This document shows positions 17,663-41,787 of a DNA stretch of 64,000 bases, piece by piece. A program made the position numbers and the translations under genes. The stretch lies in the NCBI RefSeq assembly GCF_009914755.1, contig NC_060932.1; one strand, given 5' to 3'. Every line of letters starts with the position of its first letter. Position 1 is the stretch's first letter. The notes under the pieces were generated by a model that saw only the letters and a list, made by a program, of their open reading frames with translations, was not told the DNA's origin and made no database searches. Origin of the DNA: the human T2T-CHM13v2.0 reference genome, Homo sapiens.

Positions 17663-18553
17663 GTGAGTGTCGGGGCTTGGCCAGGCTCTACCTTGGGAAA
17701 GGGAATGTATGAGGCTCCTGGAGTCCATCCACTGGGGGCAATTCCAGGGAGGAGGAACAACAGGGACTCTGCCCTACCCTCTAAGGAGCAGCTCAGAGCC
17801 CAGAGGGTGAGAGTAGGGGTGGGGAGGTTGAACTCTTCATTGGTAGCAACTTTCCCCCTGAAAGGGGCCCAGGCACCTCAGGAAAGGTGATCTGGCACCT
17901 TTGGGTCATGTAATTAGCGGGGAGTTTGTTTGAAATGGCAGCGGCTGCACACAGCAACTTTCGTAAGCATGTGCCTCTGTATAATTGTCTCTGAAGCATT
18001 TCCACTTGGAACACACCCATGATGTTTGTGGTGCAAGAGACAAGTTATCAAAGACACAGTGTACTTGTCCTTTGGGAAATTATATGTCTACAAGATAAGA
18101 AATACATCCGGGATGCCTCCTGTTGGGCTGTTGGTCCCCTAGTGGATCTTCATGAAGGCAGGTAGAAACAATGCAGCCAGTTGTCTCTGCCGATTTGACA
18201 TTTGGTAGCTGGGTCCTTCCTGCTGTCCCCACCTCCCGAGTAATTAGAGCAGCCACTGTGGTAGTGGTGTAAGTGAATGCACTCTTTGTGGCATCCTGAC
18301 TGGCTTGGCAGAGTGTTGGAGTTCTCTGCTGCAAGATGATGCAGCATAAGCACTTCCGGGCAACTATAATCAGATTGGAACCCGCCGACCCTTCACCCGG
18401 AAGGCCGTACCCCAGGCCCAGACAGGAAGCAGCAGGGACCTCAGCTTGGCTGGCTCTGCTAACAGCAGCAGAATTAATCTCCCCAGGGCCTGCAGGACAT
18501 GATTCATAATTACCTTGGGAACCTCACAGTACAAGACAGACAATAGTTGCCTG

Positions 18554-19170
18554 TGTCTTAGTCTGTTTTTTTATGGCTGTAACTGAATACCTGAGACTGG
18601 GTAATTTATGAAGAAAAATGGTTTATTTCTTACAGTTCTAGAGGCTGGGAAGGCCAAGGGCATGGTGCCCGCATCTGCTGGGCTTCTGGTGAGGGCCTCC
18701 TGCTGCATCATAACATGGCGGAAGGCATCACAGGGCAAGAGGGGCACATGAGAGAGAACCAAGCTGCCTTTTTATAACACTCTTGTGATAACTAGCCCAC
18801 TCCTGTGGTAACCCATTAATCCAGGAATGGGCTAATCCATTCATGAGGACAGAGCCTTCATGACCCAATTACCTCTTAACGGCCCCAACTCTTAATACTG
18901 TTACATTGGGGATTAAGTTTCTGTATGAATTTCAAACCATAGCATTCCAGCCCTGGACCCCCCAAACTCATGTCCTTCTCATATACACATATATTAATTT
19001 GGTCCCCATATCCCCAAAGACTTAACACGTTGCAGTCCTAGCTCAAAAGTTCAAAGTCCAGAATTTCATCTGAATCAGACAAGACTCACAGCATGATTCA
19101 TCTCAAGCTTAATTTCCTTCCAGCTGTGAGCCTGTGAAACTAAACAAGTTATCTACTTTCAAAAAATAGG
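18554..19170 (-). mobile_element. MST-family MaLR LTR (MSTD-like, to ~18943) plus adjoining internal fragment, in EIF4EBP1 intron 2
   Basis: 'tgtcttagtctgttt...aatacctgagactgggtaatttatgaag...aaaccatagca' followed by 'ttcc...ccccccaaactcatgtccttctc' typical of MST-int. Confidence 0.75.
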
Positions 19171-19521
19171 GGCTGTCCCTGGCCCCTAAAAACATCAGCT
19201 GGTGGCCAGGCACAGTGGCTCATGCCTGAAATCCCAGCACTCTGGGAGGCTGAGGCAGGATGAATACTTGAGGCCAGAAGTTCAATACCAGCCTGGGCAA
19301 CAATGCAAGACCCCATCTCTACATAAAATTTTAAAATTAGCCAGGCATGGTGGTGCATGCCTGTAATCCCAACTACTTGGGAGGCTGAGGCCAGAGGATC
19401 ATTTGAGCCCAGGAGGTCAAGGCTGCAGTGAGCTATGATTGCGTAACTGCACGCCAGCCTGGCCAAGAGAGTGAGACCCTGTCTCTAAAGAAAAAAGCAA
19501 AAACAACAAGAGTCAGACGAA

Positions 19522-20256
19522 ATGATATAGTCTGGATATTTGTCCCTGCCCAAATCTCATGTTAAATTGTAATCCCCAGTGTTGGAGGTAGGGCCTGGTG
19601 GGAGGTGTTTGGGTCGTGGGGACAGATCCCTCACAGCTTGGTGCTGTCCTCATGATAGTGAATGAGTTCTCTCGAGATCTGGTTGTTGTAAAGTGTGGGA
19701 GCGCCACTCCACCCTCTCTCTTGCTCCTGCTTCCTCCATGTGACATGCCTGCTCCCGCTTTGCTTTCCACCATGACGAAAAGCCCCCTGAGGCCTCCCCA
19801 GAAGCCAAGCTGAGGCCGGCGTCATGCTTGTACAGCCTGCAGAACCGCGAGCCAGTTAAACCTCTTTTCTTGGCTGGGCACGGTGGCTCGCACCTGTAAT
19901 CCCAGCACTTTGGGAGGCTGAGGAGGGTGGATCATCTGAGATCAGGAGTTCGAGACCAGCCTGGCCAACATGGCAAAACCCCGGGTCTACTAAAAATACA
20001 AAAATTAGCTGGGTGTGGTGGTGGGTGCCTATAATCCCAGCTACTCTTTTGGGAGGCTTAGGTAGGAGAATCGCTTGAACCCAGGAGGCGGAGGTTGCAG
20101 TGAGCCGAAATTGGGCCACTGCACTCCAGCCTCGGAGACAGAGTGAGACTCCATCTCAAAAAAAAAAAACAAAAAAACAAAAAAAAACTTATTTTCTTTA
20201 TAAATTACCCAACCTCAGGTATTTCTTTATAGCAATGAAAGAATGGCCTCATATAC
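19522..20256 (+). mobile_element. MSTB-like MaLR LTR interrupted by an Alu (19872-20190), ending ~50 bp before the exon 3 acceptor
   Basis: 'tgatatagtctggatatttgtccctgcccaaatctcatg...' resuming 'ttataaattacccaacctcaggtatttctttatagcaatg'. Confidence 0.8.
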
Positions 20257-20305
20257 CAAGCATTCACCCATTGTTGACCTGGCCCTCTGTCCCCTCTCTC
20301 CCCAG

Positions 20306-20337
20306 GTGAAGAGTCACAGTTTGAGATGGACATTTAA
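20306..20337 (+). CDS. EIF4EBP1: EIF4EBP1 last coding segment (exon 3): (G)EESQFEMDI-stop
   Basis: Acceptor 'cccctctctccccag' at 20291-20305. Encodes the C-terminal TOS motif FEMDI, TAA at 20335-20337. Phase is compatible with exon 2. Confidence 0.99.
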
Positions 20338-20767
20338 AGCACCAGCCATCGTGTGGAGCACTACCAAGGGGCCCCTCAGGGCCTTCCTGGGAGGAGTCCC
20401 ACCAGCCAGGCCTTATGAAAGTGATCATACTGGGCAGGCGTTGGCGTGGGGTCGGACACCCCAGCCCTTTCTCCCTCACTCAGGGCACCTGCCCCCTCCT
20501 CTTCGTGAACACCAGCAGATACCTCCTTGTGCCTCCACTGATGCAGGAGCTGCCACCCCAAGGGGAGTGACCCCTGCCAGCACACCCTGCAGCCAAGGGC
20601 CAGGAAGTGGACAAGAACGAACCCTTCCTTCCGAATGATCAGCAGTTCCAGCCCCTCGCTGCTGGGGGCGCAACCACCCCTTCCTTAGGTTGATGTGCTT
20701 GGGAAAGCTCCCTCCCCCTCCTTCCCCAAGAGAGGAAATAAAAGCCACCTTCGCCCTAGGGCCAAGA
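20338..20767 (+). other. EIF4EBP1: EIF4EBP1 3'UTR (3' end approximate)
   Basis: Unique sequence between the stop codon and ~25 nt past the AATAAA. Confidence 0.85.
20737..20742 (+). terminator. EIF4EBP1: Polyadenylation signal AATAAA of EIF4EBP1
   Basis: Canonical hexamer followed by GU/U-rich sequence (20777-20805). Confidence 0.9.
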
Positions 20768-20811
20768 GTTGGGCCCCGTCTGAGCTTTTTTCAACTCTGT
20801 TTGGTAACTAA

Positions 20812-21185
<374 letters not shown>

Positions 21186-21309
21186 TGATTCTGACTCTGA
21201 TCCTGTGGGTAAGTAGAACAACTGTTATCCTCACTTTACAGCTGAGAAGACTGGCACAAGAACAGGTAAAATCGTGCAGCTGCTGAATGGCACATGGGAC
21301 TGGATTTGA

Positions 21310-21483
<174 letters not shown>

Positions 21484-21497
21484 TAAGTTTTTTGTGA

Positions 21498-21632
<135 letters not shown>

Positions 21633-22507
21633 TGATCTCTTGTTTTTCAGTAGCAAGGCAGCTGCCTCGCTTCTGTGCTTTCTCCCCCTTCTCTCAACCC
21701 CAAGCCTGTCGAGTTTGGCACCTTCCCGTCAGGGCCCATTCCATGCAAGAGTCAAAGGGAAGAGCCCCTGCCTTGGCCAGTGTGGCATCTGATCTGCGGG
21801 CACTCGACCTTTGCCAATTGATCGCTTTGTGTGAGCTGTCATGTGTGGCACAAACACAGACAAGCTCTCTGCCTTGAAAATTTCATTGAAATGTAAGATT
21901 TGCCCGAAAGTAAAGGTAGCATAGGCTGGGCACAGTGGTTCAAGCCTGTAATCCCAGGATTTTGGGAGGCTGAGGTGGGAGGATTGATTGAGGCCAGGAG
22001 TGGGAGACCAGTCTGGGCAACGCAGTAAGACCCCGTCTCTACAGAAAATTTTTTAAGTAGCCAGACATGGTGGTGCACACCTGTGGTCCTAGCCACTCAG
22101 GAGGCTGAGGTGGGAGGAACACTTGAGCCCAGGAGTTCAAAGCTGTGGTGAGCCACGATTGTGCCACTGCACTCCAGTGACAGAGTAGAGGCTTCATGGA
22201 GGTGATGCTACAGCTGGACCCTGGGAATGAGTGGGTTGGGGGAGGCAGGGGCCCAGTGTTGCCAAGCTCAGATGGTCTTGGGGAGCTGGGGTGTTCAGGG
22301 AAGAGACATAGTAGCCTGCTTTGGTCAGAGCAGGCAGTTTGTATGGGTGAGAATGACTTTAACAAATGGCCAAAGAAGGGTGAGGTTTCTGAAGGTCTTG
22401 AATGGTAACTAGGCAGAGATCTTTGCTGAGAAGCAATAGGAATTTCTTATTACAGGGTATGCTGGTGGGTGGATGGCCTATGAACAAGAGGCAGTGGCTG
22501 GCATTTA

Positions 22508-22987
<480 letters not shown>

Positions 22988-23064
22988 TTACAAATTAGCT
23001 AGACATGGTGGTGCACACCTGTAGTCCCAGCTGCTTGGGAAGCTGGGGAGGGAGGATCACTTTA

Positions 23065-23535
<471 letters not shown>

Positions 23536-25251
23536 CTAAGAGACAGGTAAATAAATCATTAAAAAATGATGTATCTGATAGTTCAGGGGCCACAGTAAGA
23601 TAATTTTTCAGGCTGAGCATGGTGGCTCATGCCTGTAATCCAGCATTTTGGAAGGCCAAGATGAGGATCACTTGAGGCCAGGAGTTTGAGACCAGCCTGG
23701 GCAACATGGCAAGACCCCCATCTCTATGAAAAATAGAGATAAAAAGAAGAAATAAAAAAGTGTGTCCCTTTCCCACTGAGCAAAAGCATCCTCCTGAGGA
23801 CCCCAGGTGTGTTTTGAGTGTCAATTCTGGCCGGGTGCTGTGGTGTGGCCATGATCGACAACACAGTCCTTGTCCACAAGGAAGTTAAAATCTTAAGGAA
23901 AGCGAGACTGTTGTGGTCCAGCTGAACATGCCTGTGCATTGAGACCTAAAGCTCATAGAGATGCTCACTCTAGGGGACCATCACAGTTTGGCCCCTGCCA
24001 CCCTCCAACATCACCAAAACCACTGTTGTTGCAATTGGGGAACACTCTGACAACTGTTGGACAGATACCACATGCCAAGACCCAGAAGAGACAAATGCAT
24101 GTTTTTAGCTATGTTGTGTATTCTCAAAGAGCTTACAACCTGATCAGGAGACGAGAAGTATTCCAAGTAGTAAATGGTCATTGGAAATACAAAGCAATAC
24201 TTATGTGCTTGTCCATTGAATGGAGGGGAGGCTGTGCATGTCCCAAGTTAGAGGAATCTGAGGTTTGAGAAGCCTTCACGAAGGAGGTGTGGCTTGATAG
24301 GACTGGTAGGATTCCTGCGTCATGAATGGCGTAAGGTACAGGAGCCCCCAGGAATAGGTCAACTGGAGAAATGTGGATGCTGTTAGGCTTTCTGTGCACA
24401 AATGAAGAGGCTGGCCTAGCAGTGGAGATGGGAATGGGCTGTATTGAGAAGAAAGACTGACACCCTTGGGTGAGGTAGAGGGAGGAGGGATGTGTTGAAG
24501 GTTTCTGGTCCAGGAGATCCAGGCAAGAGGTCAGAAAGGAATTGCTGGTTTAGGAATTATGCAGAGTGAACAGCAAGGAGACCAAAGATGGAACTGTGGG
24601 GAATGTTCCCAGTGAGCATGAGTGGAGTGTGGGGAGCTGAACTGCTGGTGATTTTCCAACCTCCAGGCTGCTATTGACACAGCTGTGGGCATCGCTCCAA
24701 CTCCCAGGTAGCCAGACAGGTATCGACCAGGCCGCCTTTTTCCTGGCGCCTTTCAGTGCGACATCTATCAAGATGACTCAAGGAAAAGCCTAAGGACATG
24801 TGGCCAATCAAGAAGGCTCATACTTGGCTGGGCACGGTGGTTCACGCCTGTAATCCCAGCACTTTGGGAGGCTGAGGCAGGCGGATCACCTGAGGTCAGG
24901 AGTTGCAGACCAGCCTGACCAACATGGAGAAACCCCATCTCTACTAAAAATACAAAATTAGCTGGGCGTGGTGGCGCATGCCTGTAATCCCAGCCACTTG
25001 GGAGGCTGAGGCAGGAGAATCGCTTGAACCCCGGAGGCGGAGTTTGCAGTGAGCCGAGATCACGCTGTTTGCACTCCAGCCTGGGCAACAAGAATGAAAC
25101 TCCATCTCAAAAAAAGAAAAAAAAGAAGGCTCATAGTCTTGCCACCTAAAAACCAGTACTTCCAGAAGGGTGGGATTCAGCAAAAGACTCCAAGTGGTCT
25201 TTTCCAGGTAAATCCAACCTCTGGTTTTTTTGTTTTGTTTTGTTTTTTTGA

Positions 25252-25512
<261 letters not shown>

Positions 25513-25832
25513 TGAGCCACAGCTCGGGCCCCAACTGAACTCTGATTTAACAAGCATTTACTAAGCGTCTAGTAAATGCTAGATCTTGAGGCAATACAAG
25601 AGAATTTTTAAACAAATGCCTGAGAAAATGTGACATAATCCAAGGAGGCATGATTAGGTACAAATAAATGGAGTGATAAATGTGACAGGTCAGCAAGACA
25701 GGGACGATCAGTGACAGTGGGAAGAATATGTAGACTATAGAAGAAATTGAAGTTGGGCGCAGTGATTCATGCCTGTAATCCCAGCATTTTGGGAGGCTGA
25801 GGTGGAGGTGATCTCTTGAGGCCAGGGGTTCA

Positions 25833-26452
<620 letters not shown>

Positions 26453-27059
26453 TTAATTGTTGGAACCAAAAAAAAAAAGCATGAATGGAATGTCAAAAGA
26501 AAAAAAAAGATGGAATGTCTTCTGCCTGTCTGGAGCTTCACTAAAATCTTATTTAGGATCTCCATAATTTATGAGGTTAGTATTTTTATTCCTGTTTTAC
26601 ACATGACCATGGCTAGTGAGGGCCAGAATTAGAATTCCAACTCCTGTATTTTCAGCCCCAAAACCTATCAGGTTTTGTTTTGTTTTGTTTTAGAGACGGG
26701 GATCTTGCCATGTTGCCCAGGCTGGTCTTGGATTCCCGGCCTCAAGTGATCTTCCTGCCTCGGCCTCCCAAAGTGTTGCGATTACAGGCATAAGCCACCA
26801 TGCGCAGCCTCCAAAACCTATGCTCTTAGTGCCACACTGTGAATAGAACTGAAGTCTGGGCTGTTCTGACTCTGAGCTATAGGCAACTGGGATACTGGTT
26901 GGAGATGTCAGAACAGGCAGTGACAGGTGAGTGTCAAGGTAAAGCAGGTAGAGGAGAGACCTGGAGCCAGGAAGTCATTCAGGTGTTTGGTGAGTTGCTT
27001 AGAATTCATGGGTTTGGGGAAGTGAGGTAGTGAAAACAAAGGAGTATAAGGTTGATAGC

Positions 27060-27170
27060 CTTTTCTCATTTACTCAAGGGCTATTTGTTGAGTGCCTACT
27101 GTGTGCCAGGCACTGTTTTAAGCACTAGGGGTAGAGTGGATAACACAAAGCCCTGCCTTCAAGGAGCAGA
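27060..27170 (-). mobile_element. L2 LINE 3' end fragment
   Basis: 'tatttgttgagtgcctactgtgtgccaggcactg'; similar fragments near 7600-7740 and 39217-39320. Confidence 0.7.
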
Positions 27171-27701
27171 CCTTCCAATGATGCAGCAGCCATGTGTGCA
27201 CTCTGCTTTCATTGCAGACATCACAAACCTGACCTCCTCGAAATAAGGTGCAGAATTGAGCATGACCAACACTTCCTCTCCGCAAGCAGAGGACATGTGC
27301 TCCTTGCTGTGGGACAATCAGTCCTGCATGGAGGAACAAGCACCCCAGTAACAGCATAGACGGAGATAACTGAACAAAGCCCTGTTTTTTCGTCAGCAGG
27401 AAAAGGCAAGGAACCCGCTTTCTGCCGGTTAACCGGGGGGAAAGTGCAACCCTTAAGGATTAGGTTTTGCTGAGTTTAACACACTCCAGAGAGTATGCTG
27501 CAGGGAGAGTAGGGAAGAGAAGGGCTCTTGGGCCACAGCAAAGTGAAGGTGAATCCCTCCAACCCCCAGCTGCAAATCAGAGGCCGTTTCCTATGCAAAA
27601 CAGCATAGGAAGACGTTTTTCTAAGGAGGAGCCTTAAATCCGTCCTTGTTTGTTCCTTGGTCTTGGGTTCTGCGCGGAATGATGTTGCAAGCCTCGTCTT
27701 T

Positions 27702-27721
27702 GTGCTGCCGCCTGCTGGTAG
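27702..27721 (-). promoter_or_regulatory. Candidate CTCF site
   Basis: Reverse strand reads TACCAGCAGGCGGCAGC, one mismatch from the CCASYAGRKGGCRS core, in CpG-retaining unique sequence. Confidence 0.55.
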
Positions 27722-28266
27722 AGTTCATTAAAGCAAGGAAGGCTGGGTACGTCTAGGAAATGGTTATTGCACTCCGTTAGGTGAAGAAAAGTGAGGATGC
27801 CATATGTATTCAAGACTTAAGCACATTTCTCCACATTTTTTCTATCGAGATCATGCAACTGTATCCTCATTGTCTGAAAGGAATACTTAGGAAGAAGTTT
27901 TCCAGACACAGTGGGCAGGATTGTGTTGTGGGGCAGAACCAGACATAGTATAGAATCTGCCTGCGATGCCCAGACTTGGTTTGGGACAAGCTAGTTATAG
28001 CCCTGCTTCCTCCCTTCGACCAAGCGCAGCCATGCACATGGTCATACTGCCCTTTGATCCTCGACCCATCTCTCTGGCCAGCAGCCGCCAGCTGACTCTA
28101 TCTGCCAAGGAATTCCAGCCAGGAACACTGTTTACTCTTGTCTGGCATTTCTCAACCCGAGCTTCTACCATGAGGTTGCATTTGAACATTTTCCTAGGTA
28201 CTGCACTACCTTCCAAAAACAGTCAGGACTCTGGGCTGTTCAAAACTTCTTCCTTAGCCTCTATAG

Positions 28267-28603
<337 letters not shown>

Positions 28604-28794
28604 TAAAGTGTTGGGATTACAGGCGTGAGCCACCGTGCCTGGCCTAGTTTCAGCTTCTGAGCCTTTCAGGAAGCAACCAAAAAACCCATTCACAGCTCCC
28701 CAGCCTCTTCACTCCAATGAGGGACATCTACAGCATAGGAGAAAGCTCTGATGACCTACACAGCGACACTGATACCCAAGTAGTCTTTTACGTT

Positions 28795-29942
<1,148 letters not shown>

Positions 29943-30086
29943 GACATCCAAATACTCCTTAAGCCTGATGAACTTTGCCACAGTCTTATTTAATTCACTA
30001 ACAGATTATGTTAGTAATGCTGGTCTGATTTGGGATAAATAGCATGACTTCCTCTCTATTTTCCTCCATAGATGGCATCTATCTAT

Positions 30087-31315
<1,229 letters not shown>

Positions 31316-31911
31316 CCGTTTAAACTAGATTAGCATTTTGCATTACAAAGGGCCAACATACTGCCCAGGGGCAAAAGATTATCTTGTGTGGGAACCTTGT
31401 AGTGTGTATACCATGAGGCCTACTACCTGTGTCTCTTCAGTCATAGGTTTGGAGATCTCAAATCATAGAGGAACAAGATGGCATCACTATTCTTTGCTAT
31501 AGTCAAGATATGATTGGAAATGCCATTCAATCATGAGCAGATAGTCCTCCTGTTGACAAGATATCCTATTTACCACCTCCAACCAAAACCTTCAGCCACG
31601 CCTCTTCTCCCTCCTTAAGAATTCAGTTCTTCCTTCCTTACATTGAACCTGTCAGCTTCTTTCAGGTTCCTGCAGGGCTGAGGATGGGCCACCACAAGCA
31701 GGAGGACATTGTCAGCCCAAGGGAGTGCTGTTGATCCTGACCTGTCAGACAGCTGGCCAGCCATGCACAGGGCTCACACAGGCTAATATGTGAACAAATA
31801 CAGCTGCTTCAGCGGCCAGATGGGTATTGGGATTCAGTGGGTGGATGACAAAGGGCCCTGGCTCTTGGGCCTGAATCAAGAAAACTTAAATCCTTGAGTC
31901 AGTAACTGCAT

Positions 31912-32475
31912 TGTTGTAACCGAGCGAGTTATAGAGAAACGCCACACTCTGAGACGAATTCAGGAGTCCTTTATTAGCCGGTGACTGAGAGACGGCTAGT
32001 GCTCAAAATTCTCTCAGCCCCGAAGAAGGGGCTAGATTTTCTTTTATACTTTGGTTTAGAAAGGGGAGGGGGAGCCTAGCTGAAGCAATCTTACAGAAGT
32101 AAAACAGGCAAAAAAGTTAAAAAGACAAATGGTTACGGGAAAACAAACAGTTCCAGGTGCAGGGGCTTTAAATCCATCACAAGGTGATAGATGTGGAGGC
32201 TTTGGGTACTATCAACCAGACACAAATGCGGGGGGCTTAGAGTACTATCAACCGGGCAAATTCCTGGGAACTGCGGGTATAGCTTGCCACGGTATCTTAT
32301 CAGTTAATTGCATTCTTGGATGTGCTGGGAGTCAGCTTGCACAAGTTAAGTCATTGAGGAAGGGGGTGGGTAAGAGGCTGCAAGGGGCTGCAAGTGAAGG
32401 AGCCAAAATGGAGTTTGTCTGGCTCTCTCAGCTAAGGGAGAGTAAATTCAGGTTAAAACAAGGTAGGGTATCACA
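31912..32475 (-). mobile_element. Solo LTR, LTR6B (HERV-S71/HERV-T family)
   Basis: TG...CA termini, 564 bp, 4-bp TSD gcat/gtat, minus-strand TATAAAAG (~32041-32048) and AATAAA (~31970-31975). Resembles the LTR6B consensus as recalled. Confidence 0.8.
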
Positions 32476-33173
32476 GTATTAAAGTTTTTGGTTCAATCGG
32501 AACCTTCCTTTTGTCAAGGAAGAGAGAAAGGAGGTCATGACATTGTCTCTTCTCAGGAGTCCATCTTGGCCAGGCGCGGTGGCTCACGCCTGTAATCCCA
32601 GCACTTCGGAGGCCAAGGCAGGTAGATTGCTTGAGATCAGGAGTTCAAGACCAGCCTGGCCAACATGGTGAAACCCTATCTCTACTAAAAATACAAACAT
32701 AGCTGGGCGTGGTGGTGCACACCTGTAATCCCAGCCTCTAGAGGCTGAGGCACAAAAATCACTTGAACCCAGGAGGCGGAGATTGCTGTGAGCTGAGATG
32801 GCGCCACTGCACTCCAGCTTGGGTAACAGAGCGAGACTTTGTGTCAAACAAACAAACAAAAAAAGAGTCCATCTCGTCCCCTCCATGAGGCAGGCAAGCC
32901 CACTCTTAGATTTCCCCTACTTCAGGTCTCTCATGACTGCTGTCCTCTTGACCTCTCCCAGATATTTGGGTTTCTTGTACTACACAGCTTCATTCATACT
33001 CTAAGTGCCAGCACCATGATTCATCGCCTGCAGGTTCCAGCAGAAAAACCCACCTACCACATCCTGGTCAGAACTTGAGGTGACTGGGGTAAGGGAAAAA
33101 GTTCATCTCAGGCCAGGCGCGGTGGCTCATGCCTGTAATCTCAGCACTTTGGGAGGCTGAGGTGGGTGGATCA

Positions 33174-33338
<165 letters not shown>

Positions 33339-33638
33339 CTAGATCATGCCACTGCACTCCACCCTGGACAACAAGAGCGAAACTCCGTCTCAAGAAAGAA
33401 GAAAAAAAAGTTCATCTCACCCTTTCCCTGCCCCACTTTCTGGCCTCCAGCATTCTGCAGGGACTCTCACAAGAGACATTCGCTATGGCCTAACCCATGG
33501 TGAGTCTTCCTCATAGCTCCCAGAGGAACTTCCATCTTCTCAGTTGCACATGCACCCCCTCGGCACTTAAAATGACCCTGAGCTTCCAGCACTTGTTCCT
33601 CTTCCAGCTCATCCTCCCGCTCTGTCATCTCACTACAT

Positions 33639-33825
33639 CAGCTGTTCTCAAACCTTCATGTGCATCAGAATCACATGGAGGGCTGACTAGAACACAGATT
33701 GTGAGGCCTGACCCCCAGAGATTCTAATTCAGTAGGTCTGGCATGAAGCCTGAGAATTTGCATTTCTGATCAGTTCCCAGGTGGTGCTAATGTGGTTTAG
33801 TCTAGGATCATGCTTGGACAACTGC
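33639..33825. mobile_element. MER5A hAT DNA-transposon MITE
   Basis: 'gttctcaaac...gtgcatcagaatcac...ccccagagattctaattcagtaggtctgg...gagaatttgcatttct...gttcccaggtg'. Confidence 0.85.
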
Positions 33826-34002
33826 CCAGCTGCATAATTTCAGGATGTTAGCTCTCCTAGTCCAGTGATTGCACCAAGCCTACATTCACAAGGAGTGGAG
33901 AACCAGCCATTCAGTGCTCCTGTGTCCCTGGGTAAACAGGCAGCTTGTTTCCAAACTCCTCAGGCTCCAGAGGAGCATGTTAACGGAAAAACCAAACTCT
34001 GT

Positions 34003-37188
<3,186 letters not shown>

Positions 37189-37580
37189 TGAGCCCAGCTG
37201 TAAAATATTTTAAAGAGGCTGATTCTGAGCCAATAGGAGTGACCATAGCCCTGGGGAAAACACAGACCGAAGGAGCCTTGATGAGCCTTTGGTTTCATAC
37301 ATTGTAGGGAGGCAGGAGTTATAGGCAAAGACGTATATCAATGCATGAAAGGTACACATTGGTTCAGCCCTAAAAGGCAGGATGTCTTGAAGTGGGGACT
37401 TATAGGTATAAGTAGATTCAGTGATTCTTGAATTTGCAGTTGGTTAAAGGAGTAAGGCTCTGTCGAAAACTTGGAATCAGCAGAAAGGAATGTTTAAGAT
37501 AAGGATGCTATGTAGCAAGATTGCTGGCCTGCAGGCTAGACTTTACTCCTGCTTGGGATAGCCTTGGGTCTTATTTATAA

Positions 37581-38321
<741 letters not shown>

Positions 38322-38491
38322 TAGAGACAGGGTTTCTCCATGTTGGTCAGGCTGGTCTTGAGGGAGTTCAGTTTTTAATGTTCATCTAGGCTCCCCTTGG
38401 CCAAGAAGGGTATTGACCATTCAGTCAGTGGGGGTGGGGGTGGGGTAGAATGTAGAATTTTATTTTATTTATTATTTTTTTTTTTTTTTGA

Positions 38492-38650
<159 letters not shown>

Positions 38651-38905
38651 TAGTAGAGACAGGGTTTCTCCATGTTGGTCAGGCTGGTCTGAACTCCTGG
38701 CCTCAGGTGATCTGTCTGCCTTGGCCTCCCAAAGTGCTGGAATTACAGGCGTGAGCCACTGTGCCCGGCCCAGAATTTTATGTTTATTTTACAAGCTCCT
38801 TGCTGAACCCATCTGGGCTGCTTCCCCAGTGGGGTTGGTGGCATCTTTGGCACTAAAATGTGACAAGCCTCAGGCTGGGCACGGTGGCTGACACCTGTAA
38901 TCCTA

Positions 38906-39223
<318 letters not shown>

Positions 39224-39495
39224 TCAACAAATATTTACTGAGTGCCTTATATGTGCCAGGCATGGTTCTAGGTGCCTACGATACATCAGTAAACAAAACA
39301 GACACAAATCTCTACCCACAGCCAGGCGCGGTGACTCACGCCTGTAGTCCCAGCACTTTGTGAGGCTGAGGAGGGTGGATCACCTGAGGTCAGTAGTTCA
39401 AGACCAGCCTGAACAACACTGTGAAACCCCATCTTTACTACAAATACAAAAATTAGCTGGGCATGGCAGCGTGTGCCTGTAATCCCAGCTACTCA

Positions 39496-39810
<315 letters not shown>

Positions 39811-40161
39811 CTAATAATAATAAGAAGAAAACTCTTTTTACTGTGTTTGATGGGACTCAGATATCTGGTTACTGGAAGTAGAAGTAACCAGGAATGCTTA
39901 GTTGGCTCAGTGTATAAACACTAGAAATGAAGGCCCAGAAGCTTCAGCAGAGACTGAATGACTGCTCCATTGAGATGAACTACCGCATAATTATCTTCAT
40001 CATGACTTTAACAAACACAGAAAGCTTTGTTTTGCTTAATTGATGATAACAACATGGGGGCATCGTAGTGGGGGAGAGAGTGAGTCCTTGGAGTCGAGTC
40101 CAGGGCATCTGACCCACTGTTCTTTGTTAGGAGAGAGCCTAGAGGCCTTCAACAAAGGCTG

Positions 40162-41260
<1,099 letters not shown>

Positions 41261-41590
41261 TGGTACGGGGATGGGACATAACTTGTTTTCATACAAGTTC
41301 TCTCCCTTGGGTATTGAAGGCCCTGTGGTCAGTACAGGCTGGGAGCAGTGGCTCACGACTGTAATCCAAGCACTTCGGCAGGCCAAGGCAGGAGGATCGC
41401 TTGAGTCCATGAGTTCAAGACCAACCTGGGCAACATAGTAAATCCTGTCTCTACAAAAATTTTAAAATTAGCCAAGTGCGATGGCACACACCTGTAGTCC
41501 CAGCTACTTAGGAGGCTGAGTGGCGTGAACACATCTCACTGCAACCTTGACCTCCTGGGCTCAAACAATCCTCCTGCCTTGGCCTCCTGA

Positions 41591-41787
<197 letters not shown>

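Noticed and set aside
17653-17676. G-runs across the exon 2 donor as a possible G-quadruplex
   Set aside because: Only three G3+ tracts; not a canonical motif
17515-17712. ORF-track 65-aa protein starting MECRNSP
   Set aside because: It is EIF4EBP1 exon 2 read from an internal Met into intron 2, not a separate gene
20655-20672. CTCF-like CTGCTGGGGGCGC in the 3'UTR
   Set aside because: Mismatches at strongly conserved core positions
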